From: Callorhinchus milii
Taxonomy: Eukaryota
NCBI RefSeq assembly: GCF_018977255.1
Contig: NW_024705553.1
Span: 1-34,770, forward strand
DNA: 34,770 nucleotides
Direction of reading: 5' to 3'
Shown one piece after another: positions 1-11,142 of this stretch (position 1 is its first letter; every line of letters starts with the position of its first letter). A program made the translations under genes and the position numbers. A model generated the notes under the pieces. That model was not told the DNA's origin. It worked only from the letters and a program-made list of their open reading frames with translations, and made no database searches.

Positions 1-208
1 TATGGCACAATGGGCTGTAGGATATCCCTCAAAGTCCATATCCTTGATGCTCATCTTGATAAATTCAAGGAAACATGGGAGCATATTCAGAGGAGCAAGG
101 CGAGCGCTTCCACCAGGATATACTGGACTTTGAACGCTGCTACCAAGGACAGTCTAACGAGAACATGATGGGAGACTACATTTTGGGACTGATTCGTGAA
201 AGTGATTT
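1..208 (+). mobile_element. Chapaev3-like (CMC) DNA transposon, transposase C-terminus (pseudogenised), left part
   Basis: Translates as MGCRISLKVHILDAHLDKFKE / (frameshift) MGAYSEEQGERFHQDILDFERCYQG...DYILGLIRESD, matching the KxH..HLD..G..SEE.GERFHQDI C-terminal motif I recall for Chapaev3 transposases. Interrupted at 208 by a PLE. Confidence 0.7.
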
Positions 209-1087
209 GGCCACATGGCCTCCCAGCATTGAACCACTTCTTGACCACATCAATTCCAGACACCCATCCATCAGATTCACCATGGAAGTGGAGAAAGATG
301 GTAAACTACCATTGTTAGGTATTCTGTTTGAGAGGAGACCTGACGGATCCTTGGGACATTCTGTCTACAGGAAAGCCACCCACACAGATTCCTACTTGAA
401 ACCTGATTTCCCACCACCACCCATCTCAAAATAATTTTCTCATCAAAACGCTATACCACAGAGCTCATGGCATTTCTGACCAACACCACCTGGCCAGTGA
501 ATTAAGACATGTACATCGGGCCCTCAAGATGTACGGATACTCTGACCGCACCATCCGCCAAGCTGTTTCTCCCACCATACAGAAACAGCCACATGAAACT
601 CCAATCAAAACTATCACGTTGCCATACATAGCAGGCGTGACCAAAAAGATCTCCAAAATTCTAAACAAACATAAGATCCAAGTCCGATTCAGTACAGTGC
701 ATAAAATCCGTGATCTGATTCCATCTGTGAAGGATGTCGTTCCTGACTTACAGTACCTTGGAGTCTACAAATTGCGTTGCAGTTGTGGTGATTGCTACAT
801 TGGAGAAACGAAACGTCATGTCTCTGATCGTGTCCGCGAGCACAAGTCAGATCTGAAACACGGCTGAACTGATTTTTCCGCCGTTGCCGATCATTGCTAC
901 AACGCTGTGGGCTCTCATGAATTGTCTTTTCCGAGACCAAGGTGCTCTGCAAACCTCCTGGCTACCATCAAGGTTTGTACACGAAGCCATACAAATATAC
1001 AAACACAGACATAATTTCAACCATGATGATGGGTACAAACTGAGTAATCATTGGAAAGATGTTATTAACCATGCAAAAAAGATTTAA
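209..1087 (+). pseudogene. PLE RT C-terminus / GIY-YIG endonuclease, frameshifted
   Basis: ORF pieces 75-434 (fused to Chapaev frame), 529-867 (GVYKLRCSCGDCYIGETKR...RVREH) and 884-1087 (EAIQIYKHRHNFNHDDG). Confidence 0.9.
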
Positions 1088-1531
1088 CTACACATATTTG
1101 GACCATCTTATTTGACAGACAACTATTCTTTAGTTACTGTACAGTTTACTCAGAGACAGCCAGTTTGTTTTTATCATGTTTAGCTTCTTTTCACACGCTG
1201 GTTTCCTGCTTAAGTTTACCCACCAAGCAACATAGCAGGAGGCTGTTTCTTCCTGACCTGCTTTTTTGCTTTAACCATCTACATGGCAGGGCTCGGTCCC
1301 ATTAGCAGCAGTTGCACTTTAACAACTCTGGCACCCCCCCCCCCTCTCAGCCAGTCTACATAACAAAGGTCAGTCCTTTGTTATGTAGACTAGCGTAGTT
1401 TCAGCCGCACCAACTTACCATAATAATATAAAGGGGGCCTGTCCTGGCTCCTCCCCTCAACCAGTATATATACGGGTCGGATCTCTTGGATTTCTCATTT
1501 ACTTGATACAGCAAGCGTGCTGTGACGGTTC

Positions 1532-1572
1532 CACCTGAAGACGGAAGCTTGTGTTGCCTCCGAAACGTCGTG
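1532..1572 (+). ncRNA. Minimal type-I hammerhead ribozyme in PLE pLTR
   Basis: cac-CTGAAGA-c-ggaagc[ttgtgtt]gcctcc-GAAAC-GTC-gtg: core boxes, helix II with one mismatch, 3-bp helix I, minimal ACGT helix III. Confidence 0.8.
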
Positions 1573-1654
1573 ATTTTTATTTTAATTTTACTTTTATTAA
1601 TTTAATTTATTTTTACCTACGTGACTTTACCGAAAAAACCCAAGAATATGATTT

Positions 1655-1958
1655 ACAGTATAATTTTAAATCTCGAAAAAACTATTCACTCCTAAATATT
1701 TTGCAGTCACTTTTGTATTACTTTAGTATAAATACACGCACATTTTGATTCATATGTTGTTTTTTATGACTTTACGTTGAAAGAAAAGACATCAATTCAC
1801 CCGTTTCTCATTGAAAATCGGTAAATTTCAAAATATCACTGTCCTGGTCACAAAACCAAAGTTTGTGGGGAATAATAGCCATTCTCTATACTTTTTATGC
1901 ATAAGCAATGGCGAAATAAACACTGACTACCAGGAACATTTTTATTTATTACATAGTG
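1655..1958 (+). mobile_element. Chapaev3-like transposon, 3' end (right part)
   Basis: Continues the frame broken at 208 (DLQYNFKSRK...), then AT-rich UTR ending ...TTTATTACATAGTG at 1958, consistent with CAC...GTG termini. Confidence 0.6.
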
Positions 1959-2399
1959 TTATCAGAGGATGCTTGTTTGCATGTTTATCCACAAGTTCGT
2001 GTGGTTAATGCGAACGTTATTCCTTGCAAAGGTTTCTATTTGGTGTTTGAACATCTTAACACCTGTTTGTATTGCCAGAAAGGCTAAAACCTATTTTAAT
2101 TGTTTCATATGTGGAACTTCTTCGCACCGTACGTAGCCCACCACGCTAATCGGAGGTGCAGATAATATATAAGTTATGATGTAACACACACAAGCATAAA
2201 GACACGGAGATGCTGGGGCACGCGCAGTGTTTAAAGCACAGCTTGGTGTGATTGTGTGCCGGTGTATGCGTCTTGCCTGTGTGTGGGGAGCAGTGCGATT
2301 TTCGCTCACCACCATTAACAGTGACAAATAAACTAAGTTGGTCCTGGGCCTCATCTAGGTCGACTCAGCCTTAAATAATTACCTGGCGCCTTGTGTAAA

Positions 2400-2815
2400 C
2401 ATCAGCATTGGTACCCACCGCTGCGCGTTCCGTGCCGGCTTTCATCGGCGTTTGCTAACAGCTTTTGCCCCAACAGTCTGTTCAAGGTTATACGGGCGAT
2501 CTTTGTCTTTGTGTTTATCGTTTCTTTGTGCCTCTATTGCCGCATGTGCGGGCAGCTTGCAGGGGCCGTGCGAGTGAGCCGCACGGTCGTCTGCCACCAA
2601 CGTGGCCGCTTTCTCCCATGCCTTCGTGCCTCTCCATCCGCGGTTCGTGATGGAGAGTTATTTTATTTTGTACCTGCGGCATACAGATATTGATTTTTGG
2701 CATCGTTCAAATGCGCGCGGGAAATGTATGTTGAATAGTCCGAGGTTAATGGCATCAATTTGCTGCGTGGAGGCTTCGTCTCACACACCAAACGTTTTGA
2801 GGATGAGAGGAAGCC
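2400..2815 (-). pseudogene. Highly decayed Myb/SANT-like ORF, possibly PIF/Harbinger accessory gene
   Basis: Minus-strand fragments such as AWEKAAT, ART and TKTKIA are spaced like a Harbinger Myb/SANT domain; multiple frameshifts. Confidence 0.3.
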
Positions 2816-2969
2816 ATCCTGAAAAGCAGGACAGGACAAACCGCTGATAACAATGGGTAATATGAAGCATAGGGCCACACATATTATGAGCTGTTGCAGA
2901 CCATTGAACTCCAGCAGATAATAGGAGTTAATATGTCATAGGGTGGCGGATGACAGGAGTTCTGTTATA

Positions 2970-3260
2970 TGAAGGTAATAAGCCAATCTCAATGCTTCCT
3001 GTTGCTTATCGGTGCTTAATCTGTGCCTACACACGTCTGTGTGCATGCCCTGTTTTGAAATTCGCAGGTACAAAAGCAGCATTGTATTCTGCCTTTGTAT
3101 TTCCCACATTTCCACTTACGTCAAAATGAGTTTTGATAAAGTTACAAAAATCCCCACTCGGTGCCGCTCAGACATGCCAATGAACGCAACAGTTGTTCTT
3201 TTTATCCGGGTTTCCTAAATGTTATCGGGTACCAATCGCTTAACATTGCCGTTTGTGGCA
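2970..3260 (-). mobile_element. Decayed I/Nimb-like LINE ORF2 fragment
   Basis: Minus strand encodes LACLSGTEWG and DKQQEALRLA, resembling post-RT motifs of I-group LINEs. Confidence 0.35.
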
Positions 3261-4589
3261 GATGAAAGGTGATAGCCACTGTGCCATGTGTACATTATCA
3301 GGCGACACGCAGACAGATGAGAATGCCTGTTAGCTTTACATCGATACAGAGCACACACACAACAACAAAATGGCTTTGCTACAAAAAAACCACCTACCCT
3401 GTTTTCTGGTGATTCTATCAGCAGCAGGTTGCTTAGCAAAAGAGCAGAAATATTGTGATCCAAATGGCCGTAATGTGTCTCCATACAACAAGGCTATTGT
3501 GCGATAGAGCAATTGAGTGACATTTCGTGGGTACTCAGGCTACAGTGACTGCGTTTCCACTTGTAAATTACTTGCAATGTGCTAAAGTAGGACTGAAACG
3601 TCGCGCAGACCTGCCGTCTATTCAGCAAATGTTCGGTGAGGTAATTCTAGAGCGAGATGCTTTTTTGGATCGCAGCTGTGTGAAAGGAAGATGTTTAAAT
3701 GAGCGCCAGTGTGCTACTTTGCGCTGTGTTTGCAGCATCCATAGGACACAATGGCCGTTTATATGACTCAATATAATGGAATAATTATATAATTGCTGAC
3801 TAATGCTTGCTTTTGATAATGATGATATGTTACAGCAGTTATACAACCAATACAAATTGATTTACTGTTAGCAACAGGTGGGTACATCTCTCACTTTTAA
3901 GATTGGTAAAAATGGAAAATCTTTGAATTAGTATGTGCTTGTCATACAGATTTTACAAACGTGATGAATCATGAACTTCTGTGAATCGTCAGTGGACACT
4001 TCAGAAAATGTGTGACCTTTATGTCCCAGGAACTTAGCCATCTGGTAGAGCCAGAAATATATTCTGTTTTATCCATGCAGGGTGCCACCTGAACAATTGA
4101 AGTGGAAAATGTAATGGGCCGGCATTGTACAAAGGTAAGCTTTTTCACGTAAACCAAAATAACATTTACAAAAAATAAATTGCATTGTGTATTTCATTAG
4201 TTATCTCACATAATTGGAAGTAGTATTAATCCCTAAATAAAAATGGTTTTAATATTGTATGATTCACATAAGATTACAATTGTCAAGCCTATCTGGAGAC
4301 CATAATCCCTAAACTGCAAGCATGTTTAAGACTCGATCCCGGTATTAACCGAAGCCTTTAAGATGTAAATATATTTTAAACAATGCACATTTTATAAAGT
4401 ATCACATTTTATTTCAGATATGACCACAAGGGACACAAATTGTAATACAATATTTGCTAAAATGCATAGAAGATAAGTTTAACACGTAGGCTGTCGCAAT
4501 CAATATCATCCATAAACCTGTAAAAAATTACGCGATCTAACCCTCCACAAACCTGTATTATGGATGATAGTAGATAAATAGATAGATGC

Positions 4590-4639
4590 TTGGGGAGCCA
4601 TTAATTCAGCAGTGGACTGATTGTGGCCGATGATGATGG
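4590..4639 (+). mobile_element. RTE-type 3' tail remnant
   Basis: GGGGAGCCATTAATTCAGCAGTGGACTGATTGTGGCCGATGATGATG resembles RTE 3' ends that finish in (GAT)n. Confidence 0.4.
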
Positions 4640-4717
4640 CGAAATATAACGTAATTCAGATACGTTTCAGTTTTAAATATTAAAGGCAGGGTGCCGAATG
4701 TTACATTATTTGTTTGT

Positions 4718-5542
4718 TGGTTAAACTCACATGGTTAAACTCACATGGTTAAACTCACATGGTTAAACTCGTATGGTTAAACTCACATGGTTAAACTCAC
4801 ATGGTTAAATCACATGGTTAAACTCGTATGGCTAAACTCACATGGCTAAACTCGCATGGTTGAACTCACATGGTTAAACTCACATGGCTAAACTCACATG
4901 GTTAAACTCACATGGTTAAACTCACATGGTTAAACTCGCATGGCTAAACTCACATGGTTAAACTCACATGGTTAAACTCGCATGGTTAAACTCACATGGT
5001 AAAACTCGCATGGTTGAACTCACATGGTTAAACTCACATGGTTAAACTCACATGGTTAAACTCGCATGGTTGAACTCACATGGCTAAACTCACATGGTTA
5101 AACTCACATGGTTAAACTCACATGGTTAAACTCACATGGTTAAACTCACATGGTTAAACTCACATGGTTAAACTCACAGCTAAACTCACATGGCTAAACT
5201 CACATGGCTAAACTCACATGGTTAAACTCACATGGTTAAACTCACATGGTTAAACTCGCATGGCTAAACTCACATGGTTAAACTCACATGGTTAAACTCA
5301 CATGGTTAAACTCGCATGGTTAAACTCACATGGTTAAACTCACATGGTTAAACTCGCATGGTTAAACTCGCATGCTAAACTCGCATGGTTGAACTCACAT
5401 GGCTAAACTCGCATGGTTAAACTCACATGGTTAAACTCACATGGTTAAACTCGCATGGTTGAACTCACATGGTTAAACTCACATGGCTAAACTCACATGG
5501 TTAAACTCACATGGTTTAAACTCACATGGTTAAACTCACATG
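4718..5542. repeat. Minisatellite, 14-bp unit TGGTTAAACTCACA, about 59 copies
   Basis: Direct tandem array with recurrent variants (GGCTAAA, GGTTGAA, CTCGCA, CTCGTA); no spacers. Confidence 0.97.
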
Positions 5543-6814
5543 CACCGGATGCTTCACAATAACAAGAGGCGTTGTTCCAGAGGCTTGTGAGCTCACCTCC
5601 TTCTTGGCTGTGGGAGAACTCTTGACGTGGATGACTCTTGTGGGCTATACTCATTGCAATCAGTTCATTAAATCAATTGGGATTTTCCATAATTGCCCAG
5701 GTTATTGAGTGGCTCGTTGCAAGAGGCCATTGGTTTTTTGAAATGACTGTTGACATTTTTTCCACAGAATAGGACATTTACTGTGCTCCGGATGGTCCAA
5801 AAGGAGGTACATATATGGAGTGTCTTGCGCAGTGTTTGAGATGATATATACAGTATATTCATTAATATAGTCCAATGCATTGCAAACTATGAACAGGATG
5901 GCAAATAGGCAACGCAACATTGGTTACGTGAATGACGAAAGTTTTTCATTGCAGAATAGATGTGTGTATTGTGAAAAAAAATACATTTTTTAGATTACAT
6001 ATATAAATAAAAAGGAATTCTATTGTTTTTTATATTACTGTACAGCCAAGCAAACGACTGCCTCTTAAAATGGTTTCTTTCTTCCCAGCATAAAATACAG
6101 AAATTCTAATTGTATGCAAAACGTTTCTTGAGAAACTAAATCCCTTATTTACTGTAGCTCCCTATTTTGGGACGAGACAGATTGGATGTTTTCCAAAACA
6201 TCCATTACCGTACTATCGCCAAGTTCCAAGCAGAAATCTGCAATGGGATGCATAATGTGTTCAAGTCACTGGGGAGCATTAAAGTGTTTGGATTTGACAG
6301 CTGGCCAATCAATAACCAACGGGACACATTAGAACTTGCAAGGATGGCTCTGTTTGACACATTATAGCCAGCAAGGACCCAGTCCTGACCTGCCGTGCTA
6401 AGGACCTAAAGCCAGGAGCAGGGCAAGTGAAGGCGCATTGGTGTGGGTGCAAGCCCTTACTGAGACATGCCGCCACTGACTTTCTCAGTAATCCCTTATT
6501 GGTGACATCATGATGGAGCTCTTTTAGCCCATACAGCTGAAAGAGCAACGGCCCAGGCTGCAGTGGATGCTTGCCAAAACAATAACCAATAAAAGTACTG
6601 CATTCCATGTTCAACGCAACACCGCCACTGAAGTGTGTAATCTTGTTTAAGAAAAAAAAACTCAATGTCTAATGCTACATCAAACCTTTTCAAAAATGTG
6701 TATTATCTGAAAAACTTGTAGTAGTAGCAGTAATAATAATACGTTTAAATAATAACGCTAAAATGTAAAAAGAAAATTTTCACTTTAACACAGGCTTTCG
6801 TGACCAATATTATA

Positions 6815-7119
6815 CATAATGTAAGTTTTTGGGTTAGATCTCGTAAATATAAATGTGTCGTCAAACTTGCCACCCGCCGACACAGCCAATTTTCACGATT
6901 TGTTACGTGAACAAAAGGTGTCAATTCGTTACTAGTTCAGCACATCGAATTGCAAATGTTGTAGGTTTACTCTCTAAACACACGGTTGTGCTGAACTAGT
7001 AACGAATTGGCATGTTTTTGTTCACGTGACAAACCTTGCTAACTGGCTGTGTCGGGTGGTGGCGGGTTTAACAACACATTTATATTGACGCGATCTAACC
7101 CCCAAAAACCTCTATTATG
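6815..7119. mobile_element. Fold-back MITE-like element
   Basis: About 130-bp imperfect inverted arms (6815-6944 and 6987-7119), e.g. AATTCGTTACTAGTTCAGCACA / TGTGCTGAACTAGTAACGAATT, around a ~42-bp spacer. Confidence 0.8.
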
Positions 7120-10100
7120 GATTTTTTACCTACATTTTGTAAATACGTTGAGGTATAACTGGGCCATTGTGCACCAGGATGGAATTGAGCAACTGCTTGG
7201 CGGACGCGTTGCCATAAAATGTTTATTTCTGCGGTTTGTAATCAGGAGATGTGGGCAGTCGGCATTTTAAGACATTTGTCCCAGGTGATAGTTTTTCAAG
7301 ATAAGGAATCTTTATATAACATAAGTATTTTTGAAAAAAAAATGTCCAACAAAGAGTGTTTCTTGTATCAAGCTGGCAGTAAATCAGATACACAAATGTC
7401 AACGTAACAGAGTACTGTTGAGCTTTAACATTTTGTACGTGACACCAGTCAGTATTTCGGGATAATTGTGTCACTCGGTCCTTTTAGAAAGGGCACCGTG
7501 ATCGCATTCCTTGCAGTGAGTACAAACGTTTAAAAAGGTGATTTACGATTAAATGGGTGATATGAATTTCGGTGGACGGGGGCGGGGAAGTCTCTTAGGA
7601 GCTGTGCGTACACGTGAAGTTATCAGGTAATGACATTCTATTGAAAGAATTAGACACATAGCACATTGTGTCTATTTTTTTTAACTCATCATTGTACATG
7701 CCAACATTTTTTTGCATGAAACAAACAGCACGATACGAAGTTGGGCTACTGCACGATACGCCATAAGCACACTGTGTGTTCACTGTGTGCTTTGGGAAAG
7801 TCGGGGTGCTTGCGACAGATTTGTATGGCTTTATTGACACTGGACACAAGTTTGGGGTGCACATTATTTTCAGGAGCATCTTATAATTCGGAGAATGTGG
7901 TCATTTATAATTAACGATTCGTTTAATATATCGCTCTTTATACAACTTGCACCTGACAACGTTTTTACAATTAGTAACGCACAGAGGTGCGGTAAAAACA
8001 CAGCCCAGTCGGACAGAGAGCCAGGCGAATAGCCAGTGCCAACACTTTCCCAAGCTCCGTGGTCATCTATATATTAAGATGTTTTCAGCCTAATTAATCA
8101 TTAGGAAACAGGGTGGGGGAGGGGCAACACTCTATCCATGCAGATGGAACAGCAGCAACATTTTCTGTCCACCGTCTCCTGGAAAGCCAGAATATGGCAT
8201 CTCGTCGATGCCCAGGGAAATGGAGTTTCACAACATCTGTGCGACCCACCAACCCTTGCTGCCTCTACAGTGGTGGATTGCAGGCGTGCGCGTAGCCATT
8301 AACAAGAGGGGCAGGATTATACCCAGGCCATGCGAACAGATGCATAAGCTTATTAGCAAACACCTCAAGCCACGTATGAGATTAACACGAAGCAACCAGA
8401 TACGCGAGGGAAATAATGTAATTAATTGATCAAAGTCACTGGTGGAGGGAGCCACATTCAGTGAAATTAAACTTTTTGAGGGGATTTTGATTGTTCGCAC
8501 AAAAAACACCAATAATTATAAAAGGCCACTCTGCAAGCGTGTTTGTGCATATGTATTATGTTGAACTTATTTCGCACCAATGTAGCCAACCGTGATAATC
8601 GGAGGTGCGGGGGAAGGACAATAAACTACACGCAAAAAGTAGTTCGAAATAAATGTTTTCAATCTAAGAAGAACTGAGTTGTCAATCTATAGTTCATGTG
8701 TATGTGTCGAATAGGTCCCTGTGTATGGCTTCTCACGCTTGTAAAATTGTCAGAAAAAACGCTTTGACCACTTTGTTGGTGTGTATGCGATACGAGGAGG
8801 GGGTTTTTGGAGGAATGGAACCACATTTATTAGAATACATTTTTGTCGTGGTAATAAACTACATTGGCTTAGTCAGGGTCATTCATGAGGCATGGGTGGG
8901 GGCTGGAGGGGGCTGAGCCTCCTCCCTGCTGAAGGCTGACTCACCCCCCCCCCCCCCTAAATGATTATCATCAAGTCAAAACCTTTTTGTAAAATATGTA
9001 CTCCGGGTAGTGAGTTTTACTCAAGCTTCATCATATACATGATGAGTGGCAGAATGTATGATAAACAAATGCAGATCATATAGTCTCTTATATTGAGCGT
9101 TTGTATTTGTTGTAATGTTTATTTAATATGAATTTGTGTTGTGCCACCCCAGGGTCATCGTATAACACTCCCTTTAAACAAGCATGGCATCGGCATCAGA
9201 GAAAGTGGATTTGGTATAGTAAAATGCTCTTCAGCTACAAGGCAGTGTGAATGATTATGCATTGTCTTTTCAATCTTACGTTTATATGTCACTACCAAGC
9301 ATTCTATTCACGATGTTTTTGGTTTAAAACATATCACGAATGATAAAGAGCTTTCAACTAGTTAATAAAGGGCATTGATATATCTGGCTTATTAATGTAT
9401 CAGTTTTATATCACCTTTAACATGCTCTCTTAAATGTAAAGTAATTTTTCCTCATTCTAATTTACTGACATTAAATTGTAATTAAAAAGAACCGTGCGAT
9501 AAAATAATTGAAATCCAGCCGTGTCTATGAAGTCTATAAATGTCAAGCCTCATGAAACGTATCCCTTATGTTCCATCGCAGGATTTGAAAGCTCTTAAGC
9601 ACGAGCGTTAATGTTAATGCTTCGTGCAGAGTAATGAACCAACACTGATGAGATGCTAAAGTTCAAGTTCCAGACTGCCATCTGAGATTTCTCTTCTTAT
9701 TCTTTCGGACGGCAGGATTGCAAAGCAACATTGCTCAAACGTGTACAGTTGAATGCTATATCTTTTTTCAACAAATCGCAGCAACACCGCCATGATGTTG
9801 CACGGATGGCGCATTTGTCGGTGATTCATTCGATCGTGAGGACCACAGTGACGGTTCGGCAATTCTTTGATCTTCCATTTGTGGAAGGTGGCTGTTGCAT
9901 CTCCCACGGTGGATCGAGCGCGGTACAGCGATCTCCATCGTTGTCGTGGGAGAGACAAGCCCTGGACTGCCACAGTCGTGGCCTCAGCAAAGTTTGTGTT
10001 TGCACTACGTCCACAACCGCCCACGATTGGGGGAGGATATGACAAAACTCGAGCAGTCTCCCTGAATCTTAATTTTAGAACTTTCGTGACTGCAGTAAAT

Positions 10101-10165
10101 GATTATTTGGTTCTTTCGGTTAAGTCACGTCTAAAGATAAAATAATAAATTAAATAAATAATAGC

Positions 10166-10209
10166 ATACGACGTTTTCGATTGCAACACAAGCAATCATC
10201 ATCAGTATA
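10166..10209 (-). ncRNA. Hammerhead ribozyme copy, inverted arm, slightly damaged
   Basis: Minus strand tata-CTGATGA-t-gattgc[ttgtgtt]gcaatc-GAAAAC-GTC-gtat; one extra A and one missing C relative to the plus copy. Confidence 0.65.
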
Positions 10210-10546
10210 ATGAAATAGCGACATAAAATCTAACCAGAAAACTATAGACAGACATATTAGCAGACAGATATCACCAAGATACATAGAGGGAGCAACACAG
10301 GAACCAGAGAGGGGTGATCATCTCTGTGGGTGGCCTTAAATAGACAGAGGGGGGAGGAGGCAGAGAGAGGAGGGGTTAGAGAAAACATTTGCATATCAAT
10401 GAGTGGTCCAAAAACAAGGTTCTGCAAGTGCGATGACACGGCAAGCAAGTCTGAAAATCAGAAGGACAACTAAAATTCAATAACCTATCTGTCTGCTAAT
10501 ATTCTGTCTATAGTTTTCTGGTTAGATTTTATGTCGCTATTTCATT

Positions 10547-10589
10547 ATACCTGATGATGATTGCTTGTGTTGCAATCGAAACGTCGTAT
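10547..10589 (+). ncRNA. Minimal type-I hammerhead ribozyme
   Basis: atac-CTGATGA-t-gattgc[ttgtgtt]gcaatc-GAAAC-GTC-gtat: perfect 6-bp helix II and 4-bp helix I. Confidence 0.88.
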
Positions 10590-11142
10590 GCTATTATTTA
10601 ATTTAATTTATTATTTTATCTTTAGACGTGACTTAACCGAAAGAACCAAATAATCAGTCTCCCCTGCTCCGTGCATAAAGGAAACGATGAGTGGTAAGTT
10701 AACTACTTGTGCACCGTCATCGCAACCGGAATGGACTACAAACTAAACCAGCAAGTAGTTCTGAATTATGAAGAATTCAATTGAGATTTAAGAGTGCATA
10801 GCTACAGTGGCGTCCTAATATCAGAAAGAAGAACGTTCCAGACGGCCGCAGAAGTGCATCTGAAAGCACGCATGCAGCGATCGTCTTTGTCTGAAACGAT
10901 GGCATCAATCATGGCCGAATGCCCAACCAAGATATCCGCCTGGTGACAACAGTAAAAAAGAGCCTTCCATCTGAAGTAAAAAAAATAACGTAGTAGTGTA
11001 GTAATGGTCTCAGAATGAGTGTTCACCACTGGAACATTCCCTCATCCATCTTTATCGTCATGCCGGAGTCGTTCTCTCTGAGATTGGCAAGACTAGGCGG
11101 TAGGCGGGCACAGTGCAATATTTAACGACCGTGCATGACATA

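Larger units (their letters stand above)
209..1648 (+). mobile_element. 5'-truncated Penelope-like element (PLE copy 1)
   Basis: RT thumb (INSRHPSIRFTMEVEKDGKLP...SVYRKATHTD) plus GIY-YIG endonuclease, 3' pLTR with hammerhead; flanked by TGATTT at 203-208 and 1649-1654 (putative TSD). Confidence 0.9.
10065..10654. mobile_element. Non-autonomous PLE made of inverted pLTRs
   Basis: About 170-bp inverted repeat (10101-10270 vs 10486-10655), each arm with a hammerhead motif; ~36-bp tail on the left; TSD CAGTCTCCCTG (10054-10064) / CAGTCTCCCCTG (10655-10666). Confidence 0.85.
9780..11142 (-). mobile_element. Decayed Ingi/Vingi-like LINE 3' part, interrupted by PLE at 10065-10654
   Basis: Minus-strand peptides GHSAMIDAIVSD...RCTSAAVWNVLLSDIRTP and QGLSLPRQRWRSLYRARSTVG...FHKWKIKELPNRHCG resemble the Ingi/Vingi ORF C-terminus. 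Confidence 0.5.

Noticed and set aside
75..434. 119-aa ORF as a novel fusion gene
   Set aside because: Chance in-frame junction of a frameshifted transposase end and a truncated PLE.
4718..5542. CRISPR-like array
   Set aside because: Units are contiguous with no unique spacers, there are no cas genes, and the context is eukaryotic.
8874..8960. hAT-like terminal sequence (GGGGCTGGAGGGGGCTGAGCC)
   Set aside because: No partner TIR, TSD or transposase found, so it is not called.
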